A stretch of 64,000 nt of DNA. It comes from Eledone cirrhosa. Taxonomy: Eukaryota. The stretch lies in the NCBI GenBank assembly GCA_964016885.1, contig OZ024745.1, forward strand, positions 124,248,001 through 124,312,000, read 5' to 3'. The translations under genes were made by a program, and so were the position numbers. The notes below the pieces were generated by a model. The model was not told the DNA's origin, ran no database searches, and saw only the letters and a list, made by a program, of their open reading frames with translations. Of the stretch, positions 49,940-61,384 are shown piece after piece (positions within the stretch are counted from its first letter, which is position 1; the number at the start of each line of letters is the position of its first letter).

Positions 49940-50670
49940 GCCAAATAATAGAAATGTTAATTTGCAGGTAAAATTTAAATTACTAAATTATAAACATAAC
50001 TGTGAAATGCAAACAAGTCTCTTTCTGATCGGGAACATATTGGGATTATTTTAACTAGTTGCCTCCCTTCATGGAATTTCATCATATCATAAATGCACTC
50101 ATTTTCTGTTCACAAAAAGACTGATAGCTGATAGCTATTTATATTATACACAAAGTAGGATATCAAAGATTTGTCTAATTTGCATAATTGTGAATTAATT
50201 GAAATTATGGTTAATTAATTTAATGATTATGCACAACACAGCATATATTTGAAAATTTCAAGTTTTTAATGACCTTACACTTATAATATTTTAATTATAA
50301 GCCTTGTAACAAAATGTAAATGAATATAAGCACATTTTCATATCCCTCCAATTGTCAAAAAGTATTGAGATTACTCTAATTTGATACATTTCCAATTGGA
50401 AATCCATCTGGAGACAAGTATTCCATTGTCAGTTTATGGAGGGATAACTAATAAGTAGCCCTGATTTGTTTTCAGAGAAATTAGCAGGAAATGTTGGTAT
50501 GTGTTCTCTTATAAAAGAAACAATAAATTTATGTACAGCAATCCATGGAGATATTTAAAAATGTGCTTAGATTTCTTTATACTCAGTAGTAAAGGTAAGG
50601 TAAAGGTAATAATTTAATGTCCCTACATTAAACACTTCAGATTATCCAATATATGATGGGATGTACATGA

Positions 50671-50885
50671 TTAACCCAGTAAGCATTTAAACTGGTCATA
50701 TCCGGCCAAACCTCTGTTCACACCGGCTGTAACTAGCCACTCATACCTACATTAAGGTATTGTTCTCAAAATAAATATCATCAAAATCTCAGATTCGATA
50801 TTATGGGAGATAATTATGTGAGGTAAAACCTTTACTGTGAAAATACAATAGTATTTATAGAGTAATGTAAATGTTAAAGGGTTAA
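50671..50885. mobile_element. piggyBac-like MITE
   Basis: TTAA|CCCAGTAAGCATTTA...TAAATGTTAAAGGG|TTAA, followed by a (TTAA)n expansion. Confidence 0.85.
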
Positions 50886-51448
50886 TTAATTAATTAATTA
50901 ATTAATTAAAATATCAGAGTGCCAATAAATGTATGGTTATTCAAGTTAGACGGCCATTTCTCTCTTAGAATGTTTCTTCTCTATTGCATTTCCATATATA
51001 AATAAAACTAGCTAGATCGTCTGAATACCTTTTTGTCTGTAGAATGATATAAATATGTGTTTACATTTGTTTATATATCACATCATGGCTTATAAGAAAA
51101 CGTTTATAGATATATGACAATATAGGTAGAACTGTGCTCTACTTAGAAGAGATTGGACGTATGCCAACATCATGCAATTACACAACTCAGTCTCCGGAAA
51201 GTTTTTGAGTCACAGAATGTGTGGGCGGAGGGGAGAATATATATATATATATATATTTCTGAAGACAGCATATATATGTGAAGGTATGTATATTCCCTCT
51301 GATAGTTTGTATAAATATTGTACATAGATCTATAGAATATGCATACCAATTCTAACACATATATATCCTAGAAACGATCGTAAAATAATGAACTTTTTTT
51401 GTTTAATATAAGGAACTGTTTCTTTGTTTATTCATTATTTTTTTAATA

Positions 51449-51494
<46 letters not shown>

Positions 51495-51702
51495 GTGAGG
51501 TTTTTTTACAAAATGAAAAATAACCGAGGTGTCCTACACAAGTGAAAGTATAAGGAAAAAAGATGAAATTGAAAATGCAACTGGAGTCTTTTTTTTTTAA
51601 ATATTTATATTTATTTGGTTCCTTTACCGGTTTTACTGCTTTTCAAAAGTAGAGTTGAGATGGAAGGTCTGTGGTTTTTCTCACATATATATATATTTTT
51701 TT

Positions 51703-51749
<47 letters not shown>

Positions 51750-52191
51750 AAGAGAGAGATCAGAGATGGGTATGTGAAATTACCAATGGTCATATATTTT
51801 GTTTTTGATTGTAAGTGCTATGTATACCTTGTGATGAGCTGGTTGTTACATAAATTTTGTTTACTATATGCTGATGGTGAGGTCGAAGTCATTAGAGGCA
51901 GACGATCTGTTCATTCACTGATGCATCCTGAATTGTTAAAATAGTTCAAAGCCAACACATTAAAGATAATATATGCACCCCACACCCTCACACAAGTAGA
52001 CTATAGACATATGCAAATAAACTACTAGAAAACAAACAGTACAGCTTTAAAAAAATATTGGAAACTAGCAGAGAAAATCTTATTGGTGCAGTAAGAAAAC
52101 ATTAAAGAAAATACCTTTTCTATATAAACACAAACATACAAATTAGAAAATAAGTACACCCGAAAAAGACAAAACAAAACAGCATAAGTAG

Positions 52192-52612
52192 TTAACCCTT
52201 TAACATTTACATTACTCAATATACACTGTTGTATTTTGTGGTAAAGGCTTTATCTTACATAATTATCTCACATAATATTGAGTCTATGAAATTTTGATAT
52301 TATTTATATTGAGAACAATACCTTAACATCAGTATGAGTGGCTAGTTATAGCCAGTCTGAACAGAAAATGTTGAGAGAATTCTGGCCGATTATGGCATGT
52401 TTAACTGCTAAAGGGTTAAACTAGTTGTATCCGGCCGCCAGAATTCTTTCCTCTTTTTGAAACCAGCCATAACCAGCATCTCACATCGATGTAAGATATT
52501 GTTCTTAAAATAGACATTAACATCATCAAACTCTCATAGACATGAGATTATGTGAGATAAAGACTTTACCATGAATATACAATATTGAATATAGAGTAAT
52601 GTAAATGCTAAA
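52192..52612. mobile_element. piggyBac-like MITE (52192-52419) plus an adjacent opposite-orientation degenerate copy (~52428-52612)
   Basis: TTAA|CCCTTTAACATTTA...TGCTAAAGGG|TTAA. The second copy shares the internal consensus. Confidence 0.8.
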
Positions 52613-52840
52613 AGATGAAAAAATGAGAAACAATTAAAATGGGATTTTAGAATAGACCGAAGAAAGAATGCGAAGAAAAGTCACTCAATGCACAAAAACT
52701 TGACGTGACACTAGTGTAAAAGTTAGTTTTCCAAGATGCTACACAGTGGGGATTAAATATGATATAATTCACAATACTTCTCAACTCAATCATGCCAGTT
52801 TCAATTATTTCAGCATATATATTTATATATATATATATAT

Positions 52841-52906
52841 ATTAAAATAACAGATTAAGGGTGAAAGCAGCGATTCTTTGCTTAAACTTTAATCTGTTAT
52901 TTTAAT
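52841..52906 (+). repeat. Short fold-back copy of family P1
   Basis: Arms ATTAAAATAACAGATTAA / TTAATCTGTTATTTTAAT enclose GGGTGAAAGCAGCGATTCTTTGC. Confidence 0.8.
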
Positions 52907-52935
52907 ATATTTTAATATATATATATGTATATATA

Positions 52936-53322
52936 TTAGAAAATAGAATAGCTTTCACCGTATTTTTTGACTAAAGAAATTTTAGTCTGATAATGCCGTT
53001 TAGAACCCTCAGATAAATGGAAAAAGATGAGTATTGACGTACATGGGAGTCGAACCCATGTCTTTGGTTATCCAGACAACTGTGCTACCATTTACACCAA
53101 CACATCACCCATCTCTTTCCTTTCAAATTAGAAGCTACATTCTTAGCGAGTACAAATGGCAAGTAAATATGTTTTGAAATTAGAAAATAGAATAGCTTTC
53201 ACCCTATTTTTTGACTAAAGGAATTTTAGTCTGATAATGGGGTTTAGAACCCTCAGATAAATGGAAAAAGATGAGTATTGACGTGCATGGGAGTCGAACC
53301 CATATCTTTGGTTATCCAGACT
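52936..53322 (-). repeat. 1.6 tandem copies of a 244-bp unit containing a tRNA-like sequence
   Basis: TTAGAAAATAGAATAGCTTTCACC recurs at 52936 and 53180. Flanked by (TA)n. Confidence 0.9.
53035..53106 (-). pseudogene. tRNA-like cloverleaf (72 nt) within the repeat unit; isotype not assignable
   Basis: Acceptor GATGTGT/GTACGTC, D-arm GTGT-AAATGGTA-GCAC, T-arm ATGGG-TTCGACT-CCCAT. The anticodon stem pairs at only 3 of 5 positions. Confidence 0.7.
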
Positions 53323-54295
53323 ACTATATATATATAAGTATGTATACGTACATACATATATGTATACAGACGTACAGTAGTATGTATATATATACATACA
53401 TGCACACATATATATATATGTACGTATGGATTTACCGAACATTTATTATAATGCTCGGTTTGTTTGTAAACAAACATCCCGAATTAAACCGTACAGTGTT
53501 TAGCAACCATCGTTGCCCTTTTGTTCAACACTGACAAAGGAATGATGTACTAGTTTCAAGTTATTTAGCTATCGTCAGCACCGTATACCTTCCTGCCAGA
53601 GGATTGAACGTCTGAAAGTATATACTTTCCTTATGCATATTAACGGCTGAGCAGCCTAATTTGCATATCGAGTGAGTTAATCGGCCGGGCGCACCGAAAA
53701 CGATAAGGCAGCGTGTTTAAGGGCAGTGAACCAGTGGCTTCTGAGGGACGAGCTGCTAGAAAGAGCAGCCCAAAACCACCCAGAGAAGTGTGCTCAACCA
53801 AACAGAGAGATATAAGGAGCGAAATATCACGATAAATTAACGGAGCTATAGGCCCTCGGCATTCCCTGTAAATAATGTGCTCAAAGGAGAAGAAATCCTG
53901 AGCTCTTTAAAATACAATATGTTGAAAAGGTAACACACAAGAGAGAGATATACAGTGCGCTATCAATAAAACAAGGAAAAAACCACCAGTGTATGGAATC
54001 TATAACCTACGAAAGGCAGACTATAGACACGATAATTAAAATAATAAATTAAAGCGTAAATAAATACCTCTATAACTATATAACACACGTACAATTCCAA
54101 AGAGATGTTTCGCCAGTAATTTGTTGACAGAAATAGAATAACCTCGGTTCATCAGACAACACCAAGAGTATTTTAAAAGTGATTGTCCAGCTACAGGGAA
54201 TGGCGAGGGCCTATGACTCCGTTAATTTATCGTGGTATATATATATATATTATATATATATATATCGTGGTATATATATATATATATTATATATA

Positions 54296-54327
<32 letters not shown>

Positions 54328-54330
54328 TAA

Positions 54331-54642
54331 TAGTAATAATAATAAATTTGAAGACTAAAATCCAAAGAGGGCTCGATAAGGATAAATATATATCAAATAT
54401 ATAAGAACCGTAGAGCAAATATTTATTAAAATAACAGATTAAAGTTTAACCAAAGAATCGCTGCTTTCACCCTTAACGGGATCTTCTGAAACTAACAAAG
54501 TCAATCTGTAAACGCAGAACCGGATATTTTTTTTGAAATTTCCAGTTCTGCGTTTACAGATTGACTTTGTTAGTTTCAGAAGATCGCGTTAAGGGTGAAA
54601 GCAGCGATTCTTTGCTTAAACTTTAATCTGTTATTTTAATAA

Positions 54643-54646
<4 letters not shown>
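54331..54646. repeat. Family P1 fold-back with ~102-bp arms
   Basis: 54419-54520 is the near-perfect reverse complement of 54545-54646. Confidence 0.9.
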
Positions 54647-54674
<28 letters not shown>

Positions 54675-54682
54675 ATGTGTAT

Positions 54683-54714
<32 letters not shown>

Positions 54715-54804
54715 GCGTGTGTGTGTATATATATGTAAGTGTGTATATATATATATATATACACACATACATATATACACACACATATATATATGAATGT
54801 ATAC

Positions 54805-54855
<51 letters not shown>

Positions 54856-54963
54856 TTAGTATATCTACTAACATATGCGTACAGATGTACGCTAATGCCA
54901 GCAAATACATAAGTTATGTCATAGTACCTAGGTGGTTCAATGCAGGAGGATGCAGAACAATAA

Positions 54964-55210
54964 TATGAAGGACGTAAAATAAGAAAATTAAAAAAAAAGA
55001 TTTAAAAAATTAACTTACTTACTAAAATTTTCACCCCAACTAATTAGTTTCTGCAGAAACTAATTAGTTGGGGTGAAAACTTTAGTAAGTAAGTTAATTT
55101 TTTTAAATCTTTTTTTAAATTTTCTTATTTTACGTTGGGGTGAACATTTTAGTAAGTAAGTTAATTTTTTAAATCTTTTTTTTAAATTTTTTTATTTTAC
55201 GTCCTTCATA
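54964..55210. repeat. Spacer-less palindrome with a duplicated distal arm
   Basis: Centre CTG|CAG at 55051-55056 with arms of ~80 bp. 55136-55210 repeats the right arm. Confidence 0.9.
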
Positions 55211-55539
55211 TATATATATATATATATATAAAAGTATATATATATATGTGTATCTGTGTATATGTGTATGTGTGCATATATATATTTATATATACATATT
55301 TCATCATTATTATATATGTATACATATATGATTAGCAATTACTGTCATAGTCATATACAAATAACACAACTTTTCTCTGGAGACATCCGAAATAATAGAA
55401 AGAGACATGTCTACTAGGTGATTTGAATATGGCAAACGGTCAGTAAATAGTACAAATAAAAATAGAAATAGGCATACGATGCTGGCTGGTTAGTTATTAA
55501 TGAAGGAAAAGAAAACCTTGAAGAAACTATCATTTTGTC

Positions 55540-55906
55540 TTATATATAGAAATATATATATATACACAGACTCATAAACACACACATACACAGACACACA
55601 CACACACATATATATATAGATGTGTATATATATATATATACGTACACACACACATATATATATATATACATACATATATGTATATATATATATTTATATA
55701 TATTATATATATATATATATATACGTACACACACATATATATATATATACATACATATATGTATATATATATATTTATATATATTATATATATATATATA
55801 TATATACGTACACACACATATATATATATATACATATACGTACACACACATATATATATATATATACATATACGTACACACACATATATATATATATATA
55901 CATACA

Positions 55907-55978
<72 letters not shown>

Positions 55979-55986
55979 ATACATAC

Positions 55987-56034
<48 letters not shown>

Positions 56035-56053
56035 CTATATATATATATATATT

Positions 56054-56130
<77 letters not shown>

Positions 56131-56185
56131 CTATATATATATATATTTCTATATATATATATATATTTCTCTCTCTCTCTCTATA

Positions 56186-56223
<38 letters not shown>

Positions 56224-56254
56224 CTATATATATATATATATGTGTATATATATA
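55540..56254. repeat. (TA)n/(CA)n/(CT)n compound microsatellite
   Basis: Direct inspection. Confidence 0.95.
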
Positions 56255-58476
56255 TCTTTATATATATAAAAGCGAGGATGTGTGTGTGTGTCTGTGTACA
56301 ACTTTGCATGCATAAGGCTTTCACAATTACCAACTGAATTTGACCAAAATTTCTGTGCACGTTGCACAGGTCGCTAAGATTGTCACATCACAAACATCTT
56401 TCAAATCGACCCACGTTGAGCAATAAAAAATCGATATCAAAATTATCGGTAGAAAAATTGATGTAAAGGAGATAAACTTTATTGACAATCCTTATAAAAA
56501 AGGGAGATAACCTTTTCACCAAATATGCCCCGTAAAAGAAAGTATGCACATATTGGATATCGGTCGAAGAAAACAATGCGTGTAAATGACGCTCCGCCGA
56601 TAACCGAAAATAGACAATCACAAAATGCTGTGAGTACAGTTATTGCAACATCTTTGTCCGCCGCTGAGCGTCGGTTAGTGCGGCGAACCAATAATGCTAA
56701 AGCAACTGCTGCAGCATGAGCTGCAGAGACTACAGAGCAACGTGAAATACGCCTTGCTATGGATGCTACAGATACTGCTGCAGCAAGATCTGCAGAGACA
56801 GTACCAAAATATGAAAGGCAACAACTTTGCTCCCTAGTGGAAGGACGGCACATTCAGTTTTTAAATTGCCCTTGATTTGGCAAAATTGGAAACTCCTACT
56901 TGTCATATCACCAAAGACTCCGAAAGGGCTCATCTGCTGCGAAGGTGTCACCTTATTGTTTGGAATTAGTTCACAATGGAGCACAAAGGTGCTCTTGAGG
57001 CACTAGACAGGTCTTTGCAAGACATACGAGATTGCAGTGATGTTATGGGGGGTGTCACCCTTCTGCTATCAGGAGACTTCAGACAGACTCTTCCTATAAT
57101 ACCGAAAGGAACAAGAGCAGATGCGGTAAATGCATGTCTTAAGTCTTCACCATTGTGGCGACAAGTGACATCATTAAGACTAACTACCAACATGCATGCA
57201 AGGTTGCATGGGGACCATCTGTCATCAACATTTTCTGGAGACATTCTTACAATAGGAGATGGTAACCTACCTCCGGATACAGATGGACACATAGCAATTG
57301 GTCACATCTGTAATGTAGTTGAAACTGTCGATGATATCAAGGCGAGTGTATTCCCGAACTTGCGTGATAACTATACGAATCTTGATTGGCTATGCGAAAG
57401 AGCCATTCTTGCACCCCAAAATATCACGGTTAGCTGTATTAACGATCAGCTTCTTCAGCTTCTTCCTGGATGTCCACAGATATATAAATCTATTGATACT
57501 TTATGTGATCTACAGGATGCGGTCAATTATCCAGTTGAATTTCTAAATTCTTTAAATCCTCCTGGTTTACCTCCTAACACATTGGTTCTGAAAGAGGGAA
57601 AACCAGTTATTTTGCTGAGAAATATCACTCCTCCAAAACTATGCAATGGTACACGCCCTGTGGTTAAAAAACTGTCTCCACTTAGTATTGACGCTACCAT
57701 TCTATCCGGATGTAGAAAACGCGAGGATGTGATAATAACAAAAATTAGCCTGACTACATCAGGCGTTGATACTCCCTTCTCCTTTCGCCGAACCCAATTT
57801 CCCCTTCGTGTTGCCTTTGCGATATCCATAAACAAGTCGCAAGGTCAAACGCTGTCCGTCGCTGGAATTCATTTGGATGAACCTTGCTTTTCGCACGGAC
57901 AATTCTACGTTGCCTGCTCACGAGTTGGCAGTCGAGATAATCTCTTTGCGTTTGTTCCGAAAAGAAAAACAAAGAATATCGTCTATCCTGGAGTGCTTTA
58001 GTGTTAACAAAAACCTTATTACAGCTCTGCCTTGACTTCACCTTACTCATTATAAAACATACCAATGAATATGTCATATTTTGGATTATAAGTTAAAAAT
58101 TTAACCATACACAGCAAAGGATGCTCTCAAAGAATAGATTTTCTCTTATTCTACTCTCATTGTTTTTTTGTTTGTATACAACTCTGCTTTCATTACAACT
58201 TTTTGTACTTTAGCAAAACTGCCAGTTTTTTTTTACAGATTTGCAACGTGTATTGTCTTTAATCATTTGTATAACTACATCCTGTTCACTGTTTTCCTTC
58301 ATTATCAGCATAGTTTTATGTGTACAAAGATTGCACTAAATATTCGTTTGCATTAATTATTGAAGACTTCTGCTTATTTTGACAGGTTGAGGACAAATAA
58401 TTTTCTTCTTTTACTTCCTAGCTGTATATTCTTAGCATAATTTCAAACCCCGAGCAACGCCGGGTAAATCTGCTAG
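56255..58476 (+). mobile_element. Helitron, internally deleted (Rep/HUH domain missing)
   Basis: 5' A|TCTTTATATATATAAAAG, subterminal hairpin CCCGAGCAACGCCGGG (58449-58464), 3' CTAG|T, and an internal PIF1 helicase coding region. Confidence 0.9.
56976..58001 (+). CDS. Helitron PIF1-family helicase C-terminal part (341 aa; lacks Walker A, probably non-functional)
   Basis: GDFRQTLP, ERAILAP, LLRN...LCNGTR, QFPLRVAFAISINKSQGQT, FSHGQFYVACSRV. The upstream ATTLLPSGRTAHS..KLP segment is frameshifted. Confidence 0.85.
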   Translation: MEHKGALEALDRSLQDIRDCSDVMGGVTLLLSGDFRQTLPIIPKGTRADAVNACLKSSPLWRQVTSLRLTTNMHARLHGDHLSSTFSGDILTIGDGNLPPDTDGHIAIGHICNVVETVDDIKASVFPNLRDNYTNLDWLCERAILAPQNITVSCINDQLLQLLPGCPQIYKSIDTLCDLQDAVNYPVEFLNSLNPPGLPPNTLVLKEGKPVILLRNITPPKLCNGTRPVVKKLSPLSIDATILSGCRKREDVIITKISLTTSGVDTPFSFRRTQFPLRVAFAISINKSQGQTLSVAGIHLDEPCFSHGQFYVACSRVGSRDNLFAFVPKRKTKNIVYPGVL

Positions 58477-58477
58477 T

Positions 58478-58812
58478 TGTGTATATATATGTATATCCAT
58501 ATATATATATGTATATACATATATATATATGTATATACATATATATATATACATATATATATATGTATATACATATATATATATGTATATACACATATAT
58601 ATATATATACACATATATATATATATACACATATATATATACACATATATATATATATACATATATATACACACATATTTATATATATATATATACACAC
58701 ATATATATATATATATACACATATATATATATATATATACACATATATATATATATATACACACATATATATATACACACACATATATATATATACACAC
58801 ATATATATATAT

Positions 58813-58860
<48 letters not shown>

Positions 58861-58936
58861 GTATATACATATATATATATATATACATATATATATATGT
58901 ATATACATATATATATATACATATATATATATGTAT

Positions 58937-58998
<62 letters not shown>

Positions 58999-59007
58999 AT
59001 GTATATA
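58478..59007. repeat. (TA)n/(TACA)n microsatellite
   Basis: Direct inspection. Confidence 0.95.
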
Positions 59008-59671
59008 CACTGATATACTGTTGACATTCTTGAAAATATTCAATATTTAATTTATAAAAATTACTTTTTTCAATTTCATAGGCTGCAACTTGATATCAGC
59101 GGCTAAATTATTTCTTCTACAATGAACTTATAATAAAATGAAAGATTCGTCAAACATCTAATTCTTTTATATTTTATCAATTTTTAAATTCAAAATTTGA
59201 TTAAGATTTCATATTCCCCCAGCTATTAAATTATTTCATTTGATTCAAATTTATAAAAAGATTTGAGTTATCTGAAGAAATTGGGAGCAAATAAAGGCTA
59301 ATTTGCAACTAAACAAGTTTCCTACTTAAATATATTCTTACTAGATAGTATTTAATGAATATAATGAAAAACGAGAAAGAAAAAAAATGTGGAAAACTAT
59401 TTAAACTTTGAAGAAAAACAAAATTGTTTGGTGAATACATAGTGTTAATGATTTTAAAAAAATACAGTTATTTGGATTTTAATATAAGCAATTCTGAATG
59501 TCTAACAAGTCTAAACAACTAAAGATGCATGTGTGTGTATGTTCTTTCTTGAACATTGCGGACCTTGTTATTTCTTGAGGTCACTGGTTGTGACTTGGTG
59601 ATAACTCGTATGAACATAAGCAAGATAAATGAAATAATAATAATAATAATGATAATAATAATAATAATAAT

Positions 59672-61150
59672 AGTTACAAAAGATGCTAAAATAGAAAGCT
59701 AGTGGGCCAGATCCTGTAAATGGATACTGGTTAAAACACTTCAGCAACCTACATGAAAAAATAACTACACAGTTAGATGATGTCTTAAGTTCTAGAGCAG
59801 GCATGGGCAACCTTTTTTGATAAGCGGGCTGCATGAGATATGGCTCATCATCAGGCGGGCCACAAGTGCTAATTTACATTTGTGCCCACATTAAAAATAA
59901 AGGGCAATAACTCAGGTTGTTTTGATTTGTTTCTTTCTACACGTTGATTTCCTCGATCGCAAAAGTGATAGAAAGATAAATTACAACTGAAAAGTTGGGG
60001 TAAAAAATCAGAAAGATTTCACTTAGGTGACTTAGGTGAGCCATTCAGAAATCTTCATGGGCCACAGATTGCCCATGACTGTTCTAGAGAATCACCAGAA
60101 TGGATGATAAAAGGACACATTTGTTTGATACAGAAACATGAGAATAAGGGCAGTGAAGTTTTAAATTTTAGACCAATTACATGTCTTCATTTGATGTTGA
60201 AGCTACTAACAAGAATATTAATGAAGAAATGTATGCACACATGGAGAGAGAAAATCTGCTTTCTGATGTGCAGATGGGGTCTAGACATAATAGCAGAGGA
60301 ATGAAAAACCAGCTGATGCTCAATAAAATGGTACTAAAAGGCTGCCAAATGAGGCTCACCAATCTGTCCCTTACTAGGATTGACTACAAAAATGCATACG
60401 ACATGGTGTAGCATTCTTGAATTCTTCACTGCTTGGATATTTTTAAGATATCAGACAACATCAAGATCCTTATAATAGAGAAATCAATAGCTAAATGGAA
60501 AGTAGAATTGACATCACCTGGAAAAAGACTAGGTGAAGTAAAGATAAAGCAAGGAAACTTCCAAGGAGACAGTTTCTCACCAATTTTCTTTGTTGCTGCA
60601 CTGATACCACTGTCAGTTGTCCTTAAAAGTGTGAAATTCAGATAGAGTCTAGAGAAAGATAGGTGCAATGTCAATCATCTATTATTAATGGATGATTTAC
60701 AACTACACAGCTGTTATGTAGAAGAGCTAGACACCTTAGTGCAAGCAGTCAGAGTAATTTCTGAAGATATTGGGATTTTGTTTGTCATTTCAAAGTGTGC
60801 CATGAAAGAGATAAAGCATGGAAAGCTGTTAAGTCGTGATAGAATCAAACTACCAAATGGTAAAAGAATCAAGTCACCTGAAACAGATGAAGCATATAAA
60901 TATCTAGGTGTGCTACAAGGGCATAAAGTAAAATTTTATAAAAATGAAAGAAATTGTCAGGAAAATGTACTTTTGAAGATCGAGGATGATCTTCAGGTCC
61001 AGTTGAAATTATGAAAATACTCTGCAGGCAATAAATACTAGAGCTGTTTAATTAATTTGGTATGGGGCAGGTATAGTAGAATGGACAAAAGTAGAGTTGG
61101 AGAAAATTGATCAGAAAACAAGGAAAATGCTAATTATCTGTCAAACCTTT
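59672..61150 (+). mobile_element. R4/Dong-like non-LTR retrotransposon RT remnant
   Basis: KASGPDPVNGYWLK, PEWMIKG..CLIQK, NFRPITCL..MLKLLT, IDYKNAYDMV, GNFQGDSFSP, HLLLMDDL, YKYLG. Begins next to (TAA)n. Confidence 0.85.
59798..60081. mobile_element. hAT/Charlie-like MITE inserted in the R4/Dong-like RT
   Basis: TIRs CAGGCATGGGCAA / TTGCCCATGACTG. Perfect 8-bp TSD TTCTAGAG at 59790-59797 and 60082-60089. Confidence 0.9.
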
Positions 61151-61384
61151 CCAGAATCTGTTGATAGATCAATGGACCTCAATATGAACAACAATGAAGC
61201 ATCATATATTGCTTCCCTGTCTGAAGATTAGTGTTAACTCTTAAAATCCTGTACTGCATGAAACCTCATTATCTCAATGTAACAAAAGTAATGATAAAAG
61301 CTCCTAACATTCACTGGAAACATGGATGTTTGATGATAAATTTGGTTGGTTTGAATGGTCTGTTATATAGATTCTATGTTTACA

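Noticed and set aside
52940-53020. Complete hammerhead ribozyme in the 244-bp unit
   Set aside because: The minus strand has CUGAGGG rather than CUGANGA, this is absent in the 37109 copy, and stem I cannot be paired next to a cleavage triplet.
53035-53106. Functional tRNA gene (nominal anticodon GGA)
   Set aside because: The anticodon stem pairs at only 3 of 5 positions, position 37 is U, there is no long variable arm expected for Ser, and it is embedded in a dispersed repeat.
56976-58001. Host PIF1 DNA helicase gene
   Set aside because: It is intronless, lacks Walker A, and lies between Helitron TC and hairpin-CTAG termini.
55490-59043. Many long Tyr/Ile-rich ORFs (also near 1466, 17153, 19896, 54623)
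   Set aside because: They are translations of (TA)n/(CA)n microsatellites, which lack stop codons.
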